From assembly GCA_951406725.2 (NCBI GenBank), contig OX597830.1, positions 61,318,001 through 61,382,000 of the forward strand: a DNA stretch of 64,000 bases, read 5' to 3'. This document shows positions 58,017 through 64,000 of this stretch, one piece after another (position 1 is the stretch's first letter; every line of letters starts with the position of its first letter). This stretch comes from Octopus vulgaris (lineage: Eukaryota). The notes under the pieces were generated by a model. The model saw nothing but the letters and a program-made list of their open reading frames with translations. It did no database searches and was not told where the DNA came from. A program made the position numbers and the translations under genes.

Positions 58017-58085
58017 CATATTACTCTACCAGTGGTATTTGAGTACTCTTTTTTCCACCTTGTTTCACATTTATGTTTTTACTCC

Positions 58086-58154
<69 letters not shown>

Positions 58155-59564
58155 AAACCAAATCCAAAAACGAAGTCTATAAATTATAGTTTTTATAATT
58201 AAAAAAATAATTGTTTTTATAATTTTATTTTCATTTCTGTTAGATTCCGCTTAACTTTACTCGACAGCTTTTTTTCAATTTAGTTGCAATCATTTTATCT
58301 ACCTCTATCCCCAGGATATAACTCCTGAAATGCTTCAAAATGCGTTTCGCGATCTTTAGGATAGATTTGAAATTTGCAGAGAAACAGGCTGAAGACATAC
58401 TAAAAATTCTCAATAAAGTTTTGTCGTAAGATTTATAAATCTGTTTGTTTGGCATCATAATTAAGTAATAAATATAAAATTTTGTCAGTTTTTTTTAAAG
58501 TTTATCCGATTTTATTGAAATAGATAGTTAATTCTGGGACATCTTGTTTAATAAAAATGCTGTTACGCAATACAAATCTCTACATTTATAAGTATTATAG
58601 CAACATGCAACATACACAGAAGTGTGTAAAAGCCGTACACAGATCGTATGAAAGAAAAGGGACACAGAAGAGTTATTATAATAATTAGGAAGGTCGCCTA
58701 GATATAGGTTCGTACTTTGAGGATACCGCAAAACACACTGGAGTATCTTTCATTAGGTGGGGATTATGATTGGAGTTTGAACAGAATAATGCTTGTTTAT
58801 AAGAATTAAAGTCTTCATCTTGTTACATACGAGTATATTTAAGAAAAAGTGGATCTGCTGGGGTGTGATTTTAAAATCATTATTAGGTTAGGAATGTTAA
58901 AAGGGGGAAGGAGAAAGTAGTGATAATTGAAGTAATTAGTGTGGATGTATAGTATACAGTTGTTCATCAATCTGCAGAAGTACTAAAATTTGAATTAGCA
59001 TCACTGGAAGGGATTTTATTAGAATATATAGTATTATAGAATATATAGTATTATTGTACAATTAAAGGTTTTGGACTAGTAGACCAAAAATTGCTATTCC
59101 TATTTTGGTGTAGTTTTAAATATGGATTAAAATAAATGTCTCGGCAGTGAAGACTGTTAACAGAAACAAATAAGTATAATGTCTCAAGTTTAAAAAGCGC
59201 ACGCGCGCACACACACACATACACACGCGCACACTCACACATATATACACACATACACATGACTGCGTTGTAAAGAAACCGTTCCGGCCAAGTATTTTTT
59301 TTGCCCTAAGACAAAAAAATGTCTGTTTTGCCCTAAGACAAAAATATGTCTGTTTTAGCCTTACCAGGAACATACTTACGCCAGGAGAGATCCTCGGAAA
59401 TAGCGAGGGCTATTTTTGTATGTTGCTCATATCTAAACGGGGAGAGGTTCAATTATGTTTTCTTGGTGTGTGATGTTTATATTTTTCCGAGACAGCCATT
59501 TTATAACAAGCATAATTCACAAGTCCAGATTGTTATGTATAATCAGAGAATTTTCTAGTTTTAT

Positions 59565-60181
59565 GCTTTCTTGTGTTAGCTATTTCAGCCATTGGACTGC
59601 GGTAATGCAGGGCATCGCCTTAAAAGGTTTAGTCGAATAAATTGACCTCAGGAACTTATTCTATCGGTTACTTTTGCCGAACAGCTAGGCTACAGGTACA
59701 TAAATAAACCAGTCACCGTTGTCAAGTGGTGGTGGGGGACAAATACACACACACACACACACACACACACGCATGTATATATATATCACCTTGATATATC
59801 ACCTTGACCGACCAGTCCGTCAGGCGTCCATTTGACACCGCTGGTCACAGCACGCTGTCCACTCCTCTCTGGATCGCGCCTTTCTCATCCACGTGATCCC
59901 AATCGTCCTCCTGAAATCGTAACTCCACCGTCGTGGAGGTCTTCCGGGTGGTCTTTTCCGCTCGCGCGGGTACCACTCGACAACTGCGTGGGTCCACCGA
60001 TTATCGGTGAGCCGGGCGACGTTTCCAGCCCATCTATACTTGCTGCGTGTTAGGGCTGAGACACACATATATGTATACAGGTTATAGTAGAAGACACTTG
60101 TTTAAGGTGCCATGCAATGGGACTGAACCCAGAAGCACATGGTTGGGAAGCAAACTTCTTACCACACAGCCACACCTGCGC
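59565..60181 (-). mobile_element. SINE family A interrupted by an RTE 3' end
   Basis: Tail half 59565-59780, head half 60080-60181. Confidence 0.8.
59784..60050 (-). mobile_element. RTE-clade LINE 3' end with a short tandem tail (tcaaggtgatata x2)
   Basis: KYRWAGNVARLTDNRWTHAVVEWYPRERKRPPGRPPRRW...W...ARSREEW. Confidence 0.9.
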
Positions 60182-60855
60182 TATTTAAATACTCTAGTAA
60201 AACAATCCTAACTTTGTTCTTATAATTTTGATTTAATTCATATGATATTCTACTCATAGTTTCTACACTCAAATTACTCCTCTATGTTTCCGTTACTACA
60301 TCTATAAGACTCTTTCTTTTAGTTTATCAAACAAGACACTTCATTAAAATATTGTCCTGTTTTTTTCTCTTTACATTGCTGATTTTTCTTATCGTATTCT
60401 CTCTCTGCACGACTTAATCATTTGGAATCTAAAACATTAACAAAATGCAAATGAAAAAAATGAAGTTAAGTAAAACTACTTATATATATTGTTATGGCCT
60501 GTCAGAGAATAACCATTGGCTTTGCACCTATATAGCACTTAGGTGCATAGGCGACTCATCTGACGAGTCGCCCACATGAACTACTAACCGATATATATAT
60601 ATATTATATATTATTTTAAATGTCAGTCGGAGGACTGCAGCCATGCTGGGGCACCGCCGTTTACTTTGCTACAGTTTCACTAGACCTACACAAACTAATA
60701 CACCTGCTTGTTGTTCATACACCTGTATATATATATATATATAATATATAAGGATAAGATCGTTATTTAGAATACCGATCTAATCAGATGGCCAGCATCG
60801 AAATAAAAGCCTCAAGGGTAATAATCATTATTAAAATAGTAATTAAGGATATCTA

Positions 60856-60907
<52 letters not shown>

Positions 60908-60999
60908 AGAGTTTACGAAAAAAAAACAACAAAAGACGTAGACAGGTGGTATACAAAACAAACAGATGCATTAGTATAACGCTCAGGGATAGAAAAAGT

Positions 61000-61035
61000 C
61001 TTTTACGTTTCGAGCCTACGCTCTTCTACAGAAAG
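61000..61035 (-). ncRNA. Minimal hammerhead-like motif inside a ~190-bp insert in (TA)n
   Basis: Minus strand: CTTT-CTGTAGA-a-GAGC gtag GCTC-GAAA-CG-TA-AAAG. Confidence 0.6.
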
Positions 61036-61294
61036 GGACACAGAAAAAAACAAGGAGAGAAAAAATGTGTGTAGTGGCTAACGATTTATCATGGCGTCTG
61101 ACATATATATATATATATATATTATATATGTATGTATGTGTGTGTGTGTGTGTGTGTATACTGGTTGTGGTGCATGTTTAATTCACTTTCTCCATGTTGA
61201 TAGTCGTTGATGACTGAGATGAACCTCGCGTGACTCGATGAAGGACAAAAATGACAAGTCTTATTTGGCGGAGGGCTGGCTGTTGTTGCATCTT

Positions 61295-61334
<40 letters not shown>

Positions 61335-61379
61335 TTCTCTCATATATATGAGATTAAGATATAATGAGCTGTTAGTTAG

Positions 61380-61592
61380 CGGTAATGAGACAATCGTTAG
61401 AATACCGGGAAAATGCTTGGCGGCATTTCGTCCGCCTTTACGGTCTGAGTCCAAATTCCGCCGAGGTCGACTTCGCCTTCCACCCTTTCGGGGTCGGTAA
61501 AATAAATAGCAGTGCAGTTCAGCACGGGTCGATCTTATCGACCTATCCCTCTCCCGAAATTGCTGGCCTTGTGCAAAATCTTGAAAGCAATA
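61380..61592 (+). mobile_element. SINE family B, short tail
   Basis: Core ccgaggtcgacttcgccttccaccctttcggggtcg. Confidence 0.82.
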
Positions 61593-63109
61593 CAAAAATG
61601 TGGTAGTCATATTTTTGAGAAGAGTAGTGGTTGCGGGAAATACTATCAGAATGAGGCAGGGTGACTAATCATATTACGGAGAAGACGGTGGGGGAAAGGT
61701 GAAGTTTGTAATAAGATAAGCTGATAAAAGAGACAATACTGAGAGGATTATAGAAGGAGTGGTTTCTTTACAGGGTAAGGGAAATGTAGTGAGAAATGTT
61801 GTCGTAATATAGATAGGAAAATGAAAGCGAATTTTTGTAAAGAAGCAGAAACAATAGAGAAAGATTAAAAGCATGTCAGGTAGTCAGAAAGTATAATTGA
61901 TGGAAGGTAACATAGATAGAGTGTAACACAGGTAGGCAATAACCGAAAGAAAACAATGTTAGTATAGTGCTTTAAAGACAAAATAAGAGATAGTAACTGA
62001 GAAAAATACAATAAGGGAATAAATAAAGATTTATATACAAGATTTATATAAAAGAATAGAAAAACAGAAATGGGAAAAAGAAAAGAGAACCTGAGAGAGA
62101 GAGAGAGGGAGAGAGAGAGAGGGGAGAGAGAGAGAGGGGGAGAAAGAGAGAGGGAGAGAGAGAGAGAGAGATGATTGATAGACATAGGACGGGACGAGAG
62201 TGAGTTTAGGATTTAGATTGTGTGGATGAGGGCGAGGATGAGGTAGAACGAAAAAACATGTGGCAACATATGAAACCGATCTGCGAAAATAAGAAAATTA
62301 ATAAACTTCAATTGACCCCTATTCTGGTCCTCCATATTTTTCTTTAGCCTCCTCACAACTTTCACTCTTCTATTTCAATCTAATTATCAGATTTCCTTGC
62401 GATAGTCTCTTCATTCTCCTATTTTCTCATAGAGCTTTTGTCTCTGCTTTTCACTAATTCGTTCAAACTAACCATTTCTCTTTTTCGCTAACGTCTCGTT
62501 TTCAGTTTTTCTCTCTCCTCTCTCCAGATCTCAGCGAAAATAAAATTTCCCCTCTCAATATCATACTCTGTTATCCATATTTAAATGTTCAGTATCCATC
62601 ATCTCTCTTATTCATAAATCTTGTTTATTCTCTTCATTACACGTTTAGTTCTTCTTGCTTCTAATAATCACATTCATTTTTTTTTGTATGTGTTTGTGGA
62701 AATATTTCAGAAGGCAATTTACGAGCATGTTAGTCACAACTAAGTACAACAACCCCAACTTGATTGCCACGCTTTTTCGACTGCAACAATAACAACATTT
62801 AAGGTTGGATGTTTGAATTGCTCGTGGTCTACGATGTTTGAGAGCAGAGTTACCGTCTAAGCGTCATCAGTACACTTAATTTGGATGTCGTGGCGAGACT
62901 AAGGTTTCCAGTAACAGAGCAAAATCTGTGCACCACTGAAAGACTAGAGCAAAGGAAAATTCACGTCTGCTCTTCAAAAATAGGAAGAAGACAAGAGAGC
63001 AGACCGCACCATCCATGCGGCGTAGCATGAAAGTTCGCATAAAGTGTATTGTTGGTGGCATTGCTCCTTGGATAGTTTGCAAATCTGTACTACAGATAAT
63101 GAACACCAA

Positions 63110-63420
63110 TGTTGTTGTTTGTTCCTTCTCGAGCCATTGCCTGGCTCATAAGGGCCGGTTTCCCAGTTTTCTTGACGTATAGGTTCCCCACCTGGACGGG
63201 ACACAGGTCCGTCGCAGGTGAGCTGCAAGATACAGGAGGAAAGAGTGAGAGAAAGTTGTGGCGAAAGAGTCAGCAGAAGTTTCGCCATTACCTTCCGCCG
63301 GAGTTGCGTGGAGCTTAGGTGTTTCGCTCATAAGCGCACACATCGCCCGGTCTGAGATTCGAACCCGCGATCCCTCGCCCGTGAGTCCGCTGCTCTAACC
63401 ACTAGGCCATGTCTCTCCAC
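63110..63420 (-). mobile_element. SINE family C, divergent subfamily, tail type Y ending in (AAC)n
   Basis: A box tggcctagtgg, B box ggttcgaatc. Perfect 9-bp TSD gaacaccaa. Confidence 0.9.
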
Positions 63421-64000
63421 GAACACCAAGGTGGAAATAGATGAGTATGCAAATCATGATGCCTCCCACCATGGAAACTTCATAACAATCCTTAAGTTAT
63501 AACAGTTTGTGAATGCATAATAAGACGATAGGAATGGTGGTGCAATGCGATGAGTGTAGTTGTTTAACATGACAGGAAAATGAAAAGAAGCCATTTGCGA
63601 GCTTTTGAACAGAGACGTTGAGAGATTTTAATCTGAAATATGGACTTAGGCAGTGGTGGTCTCCAGTTGTTTTTTTATTATTTTCTTTGTTTTAGCCTTC
63701 TACCATTGTTTTGATGCTGTGTTTGATGTTTTAAGTTATATTTCTTGCTTTGGCGATTCCTTCACTGCTCAAACTTCTCTCCAAATTTTACATTTCTTGG
63801 GGCAGTGTATACATTTTGTTTTTATTTGCACCAAGGTTTTGATAAAATCGAGTCAAACTGCTTAAAGAATTACTGTCGTTTTAAATACTGACTAATTTAT
63901 TATGAATTAGCGTGGAGCGTTCCTTACAGTCGATCTTTGATTTCGGCTCCTTCTTTTGTGTTCTATTTTTATAGCATTTTCTTTTATTTCAGCATATTTT

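Noticed and set aside
58200-58900. Possible very old CR1-like RT remnant on the minus strand (similar hints at 23200-23950 and a Dong-like trace at 63640-64000)
   Set aside because: Motifs are too degraded to support without a profile search.
59298-59358. 27-bp direct duplication (and an 18-bp one at 33363-33408)
   Set aside because: Ordinary local slippage duplications.

Overview
AT-rich, microsatellite-saturated animal non-coding DNA (intergenic or intronic). The repeat families and the (TA)/(CA)/(ATCT) load look like an octopus/coleoid genome, which is an inference. I found no intact host protein-coding gene, and most of the ORF track is translated microsatellite. The window is a graveyard of mobile elements: three abundant tRNA-derived SINE families (called A, B and C here), decayed non-LTR retroelements (CR1, RTE, R4/Dong with restriction-like endonuclease, a Penelope-like RT+GIY-YIG, and an ORF1-only zinc-knuckle element), Tc1 and hAT remnants, MITEs and Helitron/Helentron-type pieces. 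Most notable: (1) about eight minimal type-I hammerhead-ribozyme-like motifs with non-canonical cores, including a perfect inverted pair and a 33-bp insertion that ends at the predicted cleavage site; (2) modular SINEs whose 3' tails match partner retroelements in the same window; (3) SINE-B inserting repeatedly at one nucleotide position inside its own head. All alignments and foldings were done by eye, and degraded element boundaries are approximate.
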